A stretch of DNA of 64,000 bases from an uncultured Chloroflexia bacterium (GCA_963819655.1 CAWFXA010000002.1:1728137-1792136); one strand, 5' to 3'; positions 41,412 to 51,832 are shown, numbered from the stretch's first letter. Translations and numbers: made by a program. Notes: generated by a model not told the origin, from the sequence alone.

Positions 41412-42896
41412 ATGGCGACCGTCTCGTATATCCCGAACGACCCGTTGGCGAGTGGCGGACCACCCACCAGGTCGACGCGGACCAGCAACTACCCACGCGG
41501 TGACATCGCCAGGTTCGACATCCAGCCGACGGCGATCGCCGGCAAGTTCGACCCGCACACGCCGGAGTTCCAGTTCTGGCAGGCCAAGCTCGGCCTGATC
41601 GCCGGGCTGCGTGCATGGCGCCAGATCGATGGCGGCTTCCTGCGACGCTGGTTCGGCGACCAGAACCAGTTGGCGGTGCTCACGGACGCCGGCGACGACC
41701 TGAACGCGTTCTACAACCGCGACAGCCTGCAGTTCTTCTCACACACGTTCGACGGGGTGACGGTCAATTCGGCGGAGAGCGTGGACGTCGTGACCCATGA
41801 AGAGGGTCATGCCTTTCTTGACGCCATCCGGCCGGACTTCTTCGATGTCCCGTTCATCGAAGTCGGAGCGCTCCACGAGGCGTTCGGCGACTGCATGGCG
41901 ATCGTCACAGCGCTCGAGGACCGCGCGATCCGGGACGCCGTCCTTGCTTCGACCCCGAATCTCGCTGCCAACCACTTCGTGGAAAGCTTGGCCGAGGCGC
42001 TTGGCGACGCGATCGCACGGGAGTTCGGAGCGAGCAGCGTCGACGTCGGAGCGCTGCGCCATGCCCTTAACACGTTCCAGTGGTCCGACCCGACCTCACT
42101 GCCGCCGGATGCACCCGCGGACCAGCTCTCCGGCGAGGTCCATAGCTTCGCCCGGGTGTTCGTTGGCGCCTTCTACGACGTCATCCGGAACATCTACACG
42201 GCAGGCAGACGGAAGGATTCGCTAGGCCTGCGGAATGCCTCGCGGACGGCGGGCAGGTTGCTGGTGGCGGCCATCCGCATCGTGCCCGCCACGCCAAGCA
42301 CATTCAGCGGCGTCGGCCAGCGCATGCTCCAGGCCGACGTGGCAATGAACCGCGGGGCCAACACGGCCGGGATCAATGAGGCGTTCGCAGCTCACGGGAT
42401 GCCGCTGCCCGCCCCGGCCACGTCCCTGCCGGTGCCACTTCCCGGGCAGACCCGCGCCGGGGCATCCACGGAGCTGCGCCGGCGGCTCGCCGTCCCGCCC
42501 GGCACCAGGATCGAGCTCACACCCGTCGATTCCGAGCTGCATGGCGGGATCGCCCACGTCAGCGCGTACCGGCCGTTGACCCTCGACGGCGCCGGGCTTC
42601 AGGGCGTCCAGATCATGGTGCCGGGCATCGCGCGTGTCGCCACCACCCGCCGCGGCCGGTCGATCACCGGCGTCCTGGGTGAGATCACCTCGTCCGAGGG
42701 TGAGGTCGCTGGGCAGGCTCGTGCCTTCGCGCGCTCGCTCATCGCCAACGGCGACGTACGCACCGCCCCACGTGCGGCTCGCCGGCTCGCCGCAGCTCCG
42801 CAACCGCCGACCGCTCGGGTACCGCACAAGCCCAGTCACGAGATCCGTCTGGTCGGCGGCCAGCCGACGCTCGTCCGGGTCGGCTTCTCCCGCTAG
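41412..42896 (+). CDS. Thermolysin/fungalysin-like (M4/M36) metalloprotease, no signal peptide
   Basis: LNAFY, DVVTHEEGH, GALHEAFGD, GEVH; AAGGAG SD. Confidence 0.88.
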   Translation: MATVSYIPNDPLASGGPPTRSTRTSNYPRGDIARFDIQPTAIAGKFDPHTPEFQFWQAKLGLIAGLRAWRQIDGGFLRRWFGDQNQLAVLTDAGDDLNAFYNRDSLQFFSHTFDGVTVNSAESVDVVTHEEGHAFLDAIRPDFFDVPFIEVGALHEAFGDCMAIVTALEDRAIRDAVLASTPNLAANHFVESLAEALGDAIAREFGASSVDVGALRHALNTFQWSDPTSLPPDAPADQLSGEVHSFARVFVGAFYDVIRNIYTAGRRKDSLGLRNASRTAGRLLVAAIRIVPATPSTFSGVGQRMLQADVAMNRGANTAGINEAFAAHGMPLPAPATSLPVPLPGQTRAGASTELRRRLAVPPGTRIELTPVDSELHGGIAHVSAYRPLTLDGAGLQGVQIMVPGIARVATTRRGRSITGVLGEITSSEGEVAGQARAFARSLIANGDVRTAPRAARRLAAAPQPPTARVPHKPSHEIRLVGGQPTLVRVGFSR

Positions 42897-42907
42897 CGCT
42901 GAGGGCG

Positions 42908-45295
42908 TCAGCCGGCCCGGCGGTCCAGCCGGAGGCCGGGATGCCCGAAGAACTGGTAGGCCATGTAGGTCGACGACGTCGTCTCGGGGGTGTCGCGGAA
43001 CGCGGCCCGCTCTGTGCGCATGATCTCGGCAGGTGCCTCGCCACGCATCGCACGCTCGTAGAAGCGGATGGCGATGTCGCGAGCGAGTCGGTCGTCGATG
43101 GACCACAGCGGTGCGATGACCCCTGATGCGCCGGCGAACAGGAAGGCCGCGGCCAGACCGGCATGATCGCCGAGGAGCTGGCTGCCGCGGCCGACCTGGC
43201 AGGCGTTCAGGAAGACGAACGGATGGCCGCGTAGCGGGATCCCCTTGACGGCCAGGGGATCGAGGGCAGAGCCGTCGACGAGGATCAGGCCATCCCTGGC
43301 CTCCTCGGCCTCGTAGGTGCCATGTACGGCGAAGTGGATGACATCGGCGGCCGGGCGCCCCCTCAGCAGGTCGATGATGCCGCCGATCGTCGCATCCACA
43401 GGTGCCGCCCCGTAGACGCGCACGATGTCCGCTGCCTCGGCTTCCGCATCGGCCAGACGCTGCCAGCCCGGCAGCTCGTAGACGCCCGACACGGCGGCGA
43501 CGCCATGGACGGGCACGCTCATCGGCGGCGGGAGGGTCGGCCGCCGCTGGCCGAGGACCCAGCGCCCGACCGTCGCCTGGGCCGCGAGGAATGGCGGGAG
43601 GTCGGGATCGAGCGGCGGATCCACGACGGCGAGCTCCCACGGGACGTACGGCTCGGCTGAGAGGAAAAGGATGGACGGCGGGCGGTCGCCGGTCCGCGCC
43701 GCGATCCTCGACAGGGCGTCCCAGAACTCGATCGGCAGCTGCTCGGCGATGGTCAGCCCGATCCCGCGCAGTGCGACGAACTGCGTCGGGCGACCCTCCA
43801 CCTCCTGCATCTCGTCGACGATCCGCCGAAGGTCCGTCGCAGGGTCGCCGCCGATGTCGATGCGGATCGGGGCGTCCGGCATGACGATCGTCGAATCGGC
43901 GGTGAGCAGCTGGACGAGGAGGGCGCCGCTCGCCTCGGACTCCGCACGCTCGATCCGCACGGTCAGATCGGGCGCCACCTGGCCAGCCGGCAATGACAGG
44001 TCGACGCCGGGGGCGGGTGGCTGGGCCGGAGCCGACGCCAGGAGATCCGCCGAGCGGACCAGGGCGACCGAACGCACGGCCAGTCCGATCGGATTGCCGT
44101 CAATCGAGTACATGGCGCGGATCGAGGTCGCCAGGACCGGCGCATCCTGCGCATCCGGCACGAGCTGGATCGTCACATACGGATAGGGCGCCTCCGCTGT
44201 GACCTGCAGGTCGATCCGCCAGGACGCGCCGGGGTCCGCGAGCCCGAGGCCGTCGGCAACGAGTTGGATGGTCATCGTGTACGCGCCGACGCTCGATGGC
44301 GGTCGGTGGAGCGCCTCCCCGACGACGCGTGCGTCCGGGCGGTCGGCGAGCCCCACGACGAGGTCGAAGGGCTGTGCGGCGACGACGGCGTCCGGACAGG
44401 ACAGCCGGGCATAGGTCGTGCGCGGCGGGTCAGGCTCGCTCCCGACGGTCGCGCCACCGGCACCGACGGTCGCGCCACCGGCACCGACGGTCGCGCCACC
44501 GGCCCCGACGGTCGCGCCACCGGCCCCGACGGTCGCGCCACCGGCCCCAGTCGCTCCGGTCCCGGTCTCGCGGCTTGCCCCTGATCCCGCTCCCGCCCCG
44601 GATCTTGCCTGGGCGCCTCCGCTGACGACCTGGTTGAGCGCCCAACTGATCGCCCCCGGGACGACCGTCCAGATGACGACCGAAATGGGGGTTATTGCGG
44701 TCTCTCCGGCCTGTTGGGCCAACAGGAGGAGGCCGATGCCGGTCACGACGCCACCAACGACGGCGAGCACATCGTTGCGTCGCCCCGCGGTCATGAGCGC
44801 ACGCAATGCGATCAGGACGCCGATCACGATGATCCCGAGGGACACGAGTCCGGCCGGGGTATCGAGCGGCGACCGGCCGGTGACGTTGACCCAGCCGTGG
44901 ACCTGGCAGACATCGGTCGCCACCGTGACCTCGTACAGACCAGACCCGAGCCGCGCGTAGTCGGCGACGGGGATCGACCCTGACCACTGATTGGTGGGGT
45001 TCGAGGTGTCGTCGGCGATCGTCCAGGTGGCTGGCCAGACGCTGATCGCGACGGTCGCTCGCGTCACCGGGTCGCGGGACTGACCGACCACGGACGCCAC
45101 CGCATCTGCGTCGATCGGGATCGCTCGCTCCGGGCTGTCGGAATCCGCGAGGGATCGTCCATCGATCAGGACGATGCACGCGCCGATGGTCTGGGCACCC
45201 ACCGGCGCGGAGACGACCAGCACGGCGGCCACGCCGAGGAAGAGCGCGGCCGCGGCTTGCAGCCGGAAGTCGGGCCGCATCGCCCTCGGCGTCAT
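42908..45295 (-). CDS. Membrane-anchored CHAT (caspase-like) protease
   Basis: Signal peptide, extracellular domain, about 3 TMs, Gly/Ala repeat; VPWEL, IHFAVHG, FLNACQ, PLWSIDD. Confidence 0.9.
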   Translation of the reverse strand: MTPRAMRPDFRLQAAAALFLGVAAVLVVSAPVGAQTIGACIVLIDGRSLADSDSPERAIPIDADAVASVVGQSRDPVTRATVAISVWPATWTIADDTSNPTNQWSGSIPVADYARLGSGLYEVTVATDVCQVHGWVNVTGRSPLDTPAGLVSLGIIVIGVLIALRALMTAGRRNDVLAVVGGVVTGIGLLLLAQQAGETAITPISVVIWTVVPGAISWALNQVVSGGAQARSGAGAGSGASRETGTGATGAGGATVGAGGATVGAGGATVGAGGATVGAGGATVGSEPDPPRTTYARLSCPDAVVAAQPFDLVVGLADRPDARVVGEALHRPPSSVGAYTMTIQLVADGLGLADPGASWRIDLQVTAEAPYPYVTIQLVPDAQDAPVLATSIRAMYSIDGNPIGLAVRSVALVRSADLLASAPAQPPAPGVDLSLPAGQVAPDLTVRIERAESEASGALLVQLLTADSTIVMPDAPIRIDIGGDPATDLRRIVDEMQEVEGRPTQFVALRGIGLTIAEQLPIEFWDALSRIAARTGDRPPSILFLSAEPYVPWELAVVDPPLDPDLPPFLAAQATVGRWVLGQRRPTLPPPMSVPVHGVAAVSGVYELPGWQRLADAEAEAADIVRVYGAAPVDATIGGIIDLLRGRPAADVIHFAVHGTYEAEEARDGLILVDGSALDPLAVKGIPLRGHPFVFLNACQVGRGSQLLGDHAGLAAAFLFAGASGVIAPLWSIDDRLARDIAIRFYERAMRGEAPAEIMRTERAAFRDTPETTSSTYMAYQFFGHPGLRLDRRAG
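44442..44546. repeat. Intragenic tandem repeat, 5 x 21 bp (encodes AGGATVG)
   Basis: CCGACGGTCGCGCCACCGGC(A/C) at 44442, 44463, 44484, 44505, 44526. Confidence 0.95.
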
Positions 45296-47653
45296 CGCCA
45301 GCTCGGGTCGAGGCTGTCTCCCCGCAAGGACTCCGTCAGGTCTTGTTCAACGCCGCTGGCCAGGTTACGCATCAGGATGTGCCACGCGTTTCCGACGCGG
45401 CGGTAGAAGACGATCCGGTCACCTTCGGGCGAATACACGGGACCACCTTCATCGGCCGGGTCGGTGGTGATCCGGCTTGCCTTCTTGGCCCCGACGTCGA
45501 GCGACCAGATATCCCGCTTATCAGCGGACCCGATCGGATTGCGAGTAAACACGAGGTGTTCTCCATCGGGGTCCCATCTCGGGTTGCGGTCTACGGTGCC
45601 GTCGGAAGTTAGGGGCTCGGGATTGTGACCCGGTTCCCAGATGTAGATCGAGCGACCACCGTCATTGCGATCGCGGTTCGACGTCAACGCCATGCGCTTG
45701 CCGTCCGGGGACCAGGCCGGCGAGCTGTCGTCGGCGCCTGGTATACCCACGACCAATGTCGGTTGACCACCCCTAAGCGAGGAAACTCGCCAGATGTCGT
45801 TCTGCTGCTTGTCCGTCTCATCGCGGTCGCTGTTGAAGTAGATGAACTGGTTCGGTGCGAAGTCCGGCACGCGGTCGTCCGCAGGGCCGCTCGTCATCGG
45901 GGTTTGATTCCCACCATCCTTGTCCATGGTGTAGATGTCGCCGTCTCCATTCCTGAACCGCGTGAACGTGATGAGCGTCCCGTCGGGCGACCACCTCGGC
46001 CACCGGTCCGGAACGCTGTTGTCGGTGAGCGGGTGCGCCTCGAGGCTGTCCAGATCGAGGAGGTGGATCTCGGAGTCCTTGCCGCCGGGGCGGTCCGGGT
46101 CGAACTCGAACAGGATCCCCGTCCCGCCCGTCTGTGGAGCGCCGCCTCCCGACGGGGGACCGCTCGTCGGTGGGCCCTCGGTCGGCGGCGCGCCCGACAC
46201 CGGGAAGGACAGGGGTGCGGAACTGGAGCCTGGCGGGCTCGCGCTCTCGCCTCCTCCGCCTCCGAAGATGTTGACGGCCAGGAGGAGCCCAAGCAGGGCG
46301 GCTCCGCCGCCGGCCGCGAGGATAGCGATCGGCGGACGACGCGGTGGCGACCGTGGCGGCACCGGCGTGGGAGGCTCGGGTTCCGGTGGTTCAGGCCTCG
46401 AAGGCTTGAATAGCTCCTCGAGTTCATCCTGGCTTAGCTCGGAGCCTGTCTCCGCTGGCTCCGGTTCGGGTGCTTCCGGCTCGGGCGGTTCCGGCGCCGG
46501 TGGTACCAGTATCGGCGGCAGCGGGGGCGCCTCGACCACTGGGGCCGCCGCGACGTTGAATAGCACCCCATCCGGCGCCTGGAGGTACAGGACCGGCGTG
46601 CCCCATTCCAGCGTGTCCTCGAAGGCCGTTGCGAGACCCTTCCGCGCTTCGGTGAGCGCCGTGTCGACCGGGATGCCCCGTGCAACCGCGCCATAGAACG
46701 ATCGGCTCAGTTCGATCGCGGCCTCGTCGGTGATCTCGTACTGCATCGCCACGACGGCCGGAGTGCCCTTCCGGACGAGGGTGCCCGCGGTACTCGAGAA
46801 CACGTCCGTCACGTCGCTTCGACCGGTGTCGCACGCGTTGAGGACAGCGAGGCGAAGCGGTTCGTGGTCCCCCAGGATGCGTCCGAAACTTGTCGCCCGC
46901 TTGTAGTCGGCCTTGCCGTCCGGCCGGGCGAACGCGACGATGCCCTCCTTGCGGTTCTCGTCGAAACCACCGTGGCCGATGAAGTGGAGGATGTGCCAGG
47001 GCCCCTCCCACAACGCCTCCGTGAAGTCCTGCCAGGTCTGCCCTGGGACCCACGTGAGCTCGACCAGGCCTTTGTTCTTGATCGACTCCATTGCCGCGTT
47101 GAGACGGGTGCGCTCTCGCTCGACGTCCAGCCCGTCGAGGTCCGACGGACTGACCGCGACCGCAAGAATCCGAAATCGGCGGCGTCACGAGGAGCGGCGG
47201 CATGCTCGCCGGCAATGGGATGTAGCGGACCAGCGGCGAACCGGTCGAGAGCGTGACGAAATCGCCGCGAACCGGGTCGAAGAGGTACTCCCACGGGAGC
47301 GCCGCGAGTTCCGCGTCGTCGCACCGGAACTTGATGCGCATGCCGGACTGCTGGTGCTTCGCCTCCTGGCGGCTCGCCTCGTAGCGCGACAGGACCTCGC
47401 CGGAAAACAGCGCCTCCCACAGTTCCTGGCCGAACTCCTGGACGGTGCGGCTCTCCGGTGACGCGATCCGACGTCGCGTCACGCTCGAGCGGAGGAGCGC
47501 GATCTGCAGGGCCTGCAGCCGGTTGGTGAGCGTCGGCTGGTCGAAAGGGAAGCGCATCGAGGACGTCGCCTCACCAGCCGGCGACCGCACGTTGACGGTG
47601 TACGACCCCCCATCGCCGCCAGTGACGTCGATCTCGAAATCGAGGTACTGCAC
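45292..47653 (-). CDS. CHAT protease with Pro-rich linker, TM and TolB-like beta-propeller (frameshift near 47170)
   Basis: LPWEYL, LHFIGHG, VLNACD, VVAMQYEI, EWGTPVLY; WSPDG repeats. Confidence 0.9.
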
Positions 47654-47754
47654 CGGTCGCCTCTTCCCGCGCGCCCGATGTCAAGGCTACCGCGGGTCGC
47701 AAGCAAATCCGTTACAGCGGCGGTGCTATCGTGGCCATTCAGCGAGGTGGAGGC

Positions 47755-49746
47755 ATGCCTGCGGACGGATCCGGCTCCACGTCCTTCGTCGTCATCCGGA
47801 CCGATTGGTCGGTCCTGACGGCCCTCCGGGCGCTCGACGCGACCGACGCGACCCACGTGATCATCGCGCACCACGACGATCGTGGCGACGAATACCACCT
47901 GTTCGTCGCCGACGACTTCTTCGCCGAGCTCCAGAGTCACCCGACCGAGGCGAACCTCACCTCGGTGCTACCACTGGCCGAGTGGCCGCCAACGCCGACG
48001 ATCGCGCCGGGCGACGCGATCGGTGATCGGACGATGGCGGTCGTCCTCGATCGCGGCCGCCCGGTCGGTTTCATCGATCGCAACGTCCCGAGCGGGCCAG
48101 GCCCGACCGACGGGAACGTCCAACCGGGTGATGCCGGCGGCGCCGGTGCGTGGACTGGCGAGGAGGTCGTCGAGCCGGTGCGGCGCGGCGGTGGGCACAG
48201 GGCGAAGCCGCCCGCTCCTGCGGTGGTCGACGATGGAGGCCCCGGCGCTGAGGATGGCGGGGCAGAGCGATCGCTCGAGGCGGAGTTCCCCGACACGGTC
48301 GTGGTCGACACGGTGGAGTGGCTGCTTGTCTCGATCGTGAACGCCGCTCCGACGGCCACGGGTCTCGCCATCGAGGTCGCGGCGGGCGAATCGATCGACG
48401 TCCTGATCCAGCCGCGGCGCGGGTTCAGCGTGGAGGGAGATGCCCGCGGCACGCTCAAGGTGCCGGCCTCCGGCGAGAGCCTGCCGCTCCAGTTCAAGGT
48501 CAAGGCCCTCGACGAGGGAAAGGGACTGATCCGCGTCCTGGCCTTCCACCTCGGCGAGCCGCTGGGCGTCATCACCCTCGAGCCGATGGTGAAGACCGCG
48601 TCCGGGAGCCGGGTACGCGGACGGACGACCTCGGCACCTGCAGCGAGGAAGGGGCAGGCGCTGACGGCGCCGAGCCCGCAGGTCCCGGACATGTCGTTGT
48701 TCATCGAGGAGCGCGAGGCCGGCGGAGCCCTAGAGTTCATCATCCGCCTGACCGCCACGGACCCGGCACTCGACCTGAACCTCCGTCCGTTCGGGCCGTT
48801 CCGTCTCGAGGTCCAACCCGCCGAGTTCTTCGGGACATTCTTCCAAGAGATCGACGAGCTGCCCCTGGCCACGAAGGAACAGCGCGTGGTCGCCGAGCGA
48901 CGGTTGGCGGCCAAGGGTGCGTACCTGACCGAGTCCCTGATGCCCCCGGACCTGCGTGAGGCGCTATGGCTGGTTCGCGATCGGATCGCCTCCGTCATCA
49001 TCCAGTCCGAGGAGCCGTGGATCCCGTGGGAGCTCTGCCGGCTCATGGGCCGCGACGGCGACCGGGTGATCGAGGGTCCGTTCCTGTGCGAGGCCTTCGC
49101 GGTTACCCGCTGGTTGCCCGGTGAGGGGTTCAAGCGCCCCCTCCGGCTCACCAACCTGGCCCTGATCGTCCCGGCCGATTCCGGCCTGCCGCTCGCGCCC
49201 GCGGAACGCGAATTCGTCCTGTCGCTGGCCGGGGACGGTCGTGCCGTGACGGCGATCGATCCGAAGTTCGCCGAGGTACAGGACGCGTTTGCGGCCGGCG
49301 TCTACGATGGCTGGCACTTCACCGGGCACGGCGCAGCGCGCGATTCGAACCCGGATCGTTCGTCGATCATCCTGAGTGGCGAGGAGTCGTTTACGCCGGA
49401 GGACCTCAGCGGCCAAGCCGCGAACCTGGGCATCCCACATCCGCTGATCTTCATCAACGCCTGCCAGGTCGGCCGCGGCGGTATGGGCTTGACCGGCATC
49501 GGTGGCTGGGCGCGACGCTTCGTACAGACCGGGGCCGGCGCGTTCATCGGGGCGTACTGGTCGGTCTATGACGTGTCGGCCTTCGCCTTCGCTAAGGAGG
49601 TCTATACGCGGCTCCTGGACGGGATGCCGATCGGTGACGCGGTCCGCGAGGCACGCGCCAAGGTCCGTGAGGATGGTGACCCGACGTGGCTCGCCTACAC
49701 CGTGTATGCCGATCCCCTGGCCACGGTCGAGGCTCGACCGGCCTAG
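47755..49746 (+). CDS. Soluble CHAT protease with N-terminal accessory domains
   Basis: IPWEL, WHFTGHG, FINACQ, AYWSV, WLAYTVYADP. Confidence 0.92.
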   Translation: MPADGSGSTSFVVIRTDWSVLTALRALDATDATHVIIAHHDDRGDEYHLFVADDFFAELQSHPTEANLTSVLPLAEWPPTPTIAPGDAIGDRTMAVVLDRGRPVGFIDRNVPSGPGPTDGNVQPGDAGGAGAWTGEEVVEPVRRGGGHRAKPPAPAVVDDGGPGAEDGGAERSLEAEFPDTVVVDTVEWLLVSIVNAAPTATGLAIEVAAGESIDVLIQPRRGFSVEGDARGTLKVPASGESLPLQFKVKALDEGKGLIRVLAFHLGEPLGVITLEPMVKTASGSRVRGRTTSAPAARKGQALTAPSPQVPDMSLFIEEREAGGALEFIIRLTATDPALDLNLRPFGPFRLEVQPAEFFGTFFQEIDELPLATKEQRVVAERRLAAKGAYLTESLMPPDLREALWLVRDRIASVIIQSEEPWIPWELCRLMGRDGDRVIEGPFLCEAFAVTRWLPGEGFKRPLRLTNLALIVPADSGLPLAPAEREFVLSLAGDGRAVTAIDPKFAEVQDAFAAGVYDGWHFTGHGAARDSNPDRSSIILSGEESFTPEDLSGQAANLGIPHPLIFINACQVGRGGMGLTGIGGWARRFVQTGAGAFIGAYWSVYDVSAFAFAKEVYTRLLDGMPIGDAVREARAKVREDGDPTWLAYTVYADPLATVEARPA

Positions 49747-49753
49747 GTCTTGG

Positions 49754-50608
49754 CTACCGACGAGCCGCCTCCCGTCGTGACAACCCAGGTGCCCCTTCGG
49801 CCGAGGTGGCGGGCCGCCGGCGCTCCTGGAGGACGTGGAACGCGGCCATCGCGACCGTGAGGAAGATCAGCCCGCCGATGTATGAGCTGACGGTCCGCCC
49901 GGTCAGTTCTCCGTAGAAGAGGGCACACGTCGCGAGGAGGGCGACGCCGTTGACGATGAACAGCCGAGCGGCCGTGCGGATCTCGTCCCAATCGCGAGCG
50001 AAGGCCATCGTCCCGCACCAGACCGACCAGCCGAGGAACCACGCCGCGACGATGCGCGCATCCAGGGGGTTGAGCCCCCAGGCCCAACGGAGCGATGCGA
50101 ACTCGGGGTTGATCACGAGGAGCAGGCCATGCATGAGCAGCAGCCCCGTAACGAGGACGAGGAACCGCTTGAACCACAGGAGGATGGGGCCGCCGCTGAG
50201 CGGCGCCTCGGCTCGCAGGATCCCCCGCGGGATCAGGTAGATCATCACCACCGGCTCGAAGATGTAGAGGATCACCCAGATGTGGGCCGTCGGCGGGGTG
50301 AACTGTGACCAGGTGAATTCGTCGATGTGCCAGAACGTCGCGAGCAACAGTGTGCCGGTGAAGGCGAGGTTGCCCCACACGATCCAGCGGAGCCGGATCC
50401 AGTCCGCTTGGCGGGCGACGTAGAGGAAGAACAGCGTCCGGAAGATGTAGCCGGCGCCGATGAAGGCTTGGGCGTAGCGCGGCTGGACGTCCCACGCGAA
50501 GTATTCGGGCACGAACTGCGGGAATACCAGCATCCACACCGCGAACCAGGCGGCCGCGAGTGCGCCCAGAACGCCCCAGAGAACCTGTGAGCGAGGTGGC
50601 CAGTTCAT
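49754..50608 (-). CDS. Multi-pass membrane protein with internal duplication
   Basis: About 8 TMs; FAWDVQPRYAQAFIGA vs WAWGLNPLDARIVAA halves. Confidence 0.8.
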   Translation of the reverse strand: MNWPPRSQVLWGVLGALAAAWFAVWMLVFPQFVPEYFAWDVQPRYAQAFIGAGYIFRTLFFLYVARQADWIRLRWIVWGNLAFTGTLLLATFWHIDEFTWSQFTPPTAHIWVILYIFEPVVMIYLIPRGILRAEAPLSGGPILLWFKRFLVLVTGLLLMHGLLLVINPEFASLRWAWGLNPLDARIVAAWFLGWSVWCGTMAFARDWDEIRTAARLFIVNGVALLATCALFYGELTGRTVSSYIGGLIFLTVAMAAFHVLQERRRPATSAEGAPGLSRREAARR

Positions 50609-50615
50609 CGATGCT

Positions 50616-51440
50616 TCACCGCTCGACGTCGATCGTGAAGCTGGCCGTGTCGAACAGCCATTCCTTCGGGCGGCCGAACAGCCCGGCCTCGCGAACCCAG
50701 CACGTGATGCCGACCCGTAGTTGTTTCGTGCCTTTGGGCACGAGCAGTGTCTGGAGCAAGGCCTGGTGCCCGGCGATCTGCTGGTCCTGGGCGTAGAGGC
50801 TCCACTCGGCGCCGCCAAACCCGTCGCCGGGGCCGGAGATGACCTTGGGCACGGAGACGGTGAAGCTGATCGACAGCTTCGCGTTCTCATTGATGCTCGC
50901 GCCGACCTTGGCCGCGGTCAGGGTCACGCCGGGCACAGTACTGATCGCGGCCTGCAATTCCTTCGGCACCTCGAGCGATCCGTCGAGGCGGATGTCGACG
51001 CTCGCCTCGGCCCCGACTTTGGCGATGTCGAGCAGCTCGGTCGACGGTTGGACGTCAACGGTGTCGGCCTGCACGTCGAACAGCTCGACCTTGTAGCCCA
51101 TCCCCCACACCTTCGCCGGCTTGCGGCCGGGCGCCGGCTGGGCGGTCACGCCATGCGACAGCAGCACCGGGAACTTCCGCCCGAACCCGGCCACGATCGT
51201 CGGGTCGGGTGTCTTCTGGGCGAGCTTCCACAGGCGGCGCAGGTCGATCGCCCGCGGCGCCGGCATCGCCAGGCTGAACGGCGCGTTCGAGGGAAGTCCA
51301 CGCGTGGCCTCGTCACCGCCCCGCCGGACCGGACCCGCCGCCTTCACGGCGTCGGCGGCCATCTCCTGGAGAACGTCGTCCTCGACGTCCTGCGGCTTGC
51401 CTCTCGCCTCGAGGGTCTGCGATCCCGGCTCCGCCATCAT
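50616..51440 (-). CDS. Hypothetical beta-rich protein
   Basis: 274-aa ORF with GGAGG SD; alternating polar/hydrophobic strands. Confidence 0.8.
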   Translation of the reverse strand: MMAEPGSQTLEARGKPQDVEDDVLQEMAADAVKAAGPVRRGGDEATRGLPSNAPFSLAMPAPRAIDLRRLWKLAQKTPDPTIVAGFGRKFPVLLSHGVTAQPAPGRKPAKVWGMGYKVELFDVQADTVDVQPSTELLDIAKVGAEASVDIRLDGSLEVPKELQAAISTVPGVTLTAAKVGASINENAKLSISFTVSVPKVISGPGDGFGGAEWSLYAQDQQIAGHQALLQTLLVPKGTKQLRVGITCWVREAGLFGRPKEWLFDTASFTIDVER

Positions 51441-51832
51441 GTCTCCTCCCGCTCGGCGCCGCGCCGAGTGTAAGCCCGCAAGTCGAGCGTTCCCGAGCCG
51501 CTGTGTCGAGGTTATGCCCGTCTGAAATGCCCTAGACCGCGCGGCCGTAGCGTCGGCAAGCGGCCACTCGGGCGTCGTGAAGGGCTAGTCCGCGTCGCGC
51601 CTTAGCAGGCCTTCGATTATTCGAGCGCGTTCGGCAGCGGGGACGGTGAGACGTTCGCTGACGTGGGGTGCCTCGACCGACAACGCCACTTCGACCGCCC
51701 AGTCGTCTACGAGGTCTACCCGGATGGCTAGTTCGACCAGGCTGTCGGCTGCGGGTACACGCAGGCGATCCTGTACGTCGAGAGAGCGCCTGAGTTGCTG
51801 CGATAATGGGTCGGCGCTCCACAAGGGGAAGG

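Noticed and set aside
44442-44546. Tandem repeat as mini-CRISPR
   Set aside because: No spacers; in-frame coding VNTR
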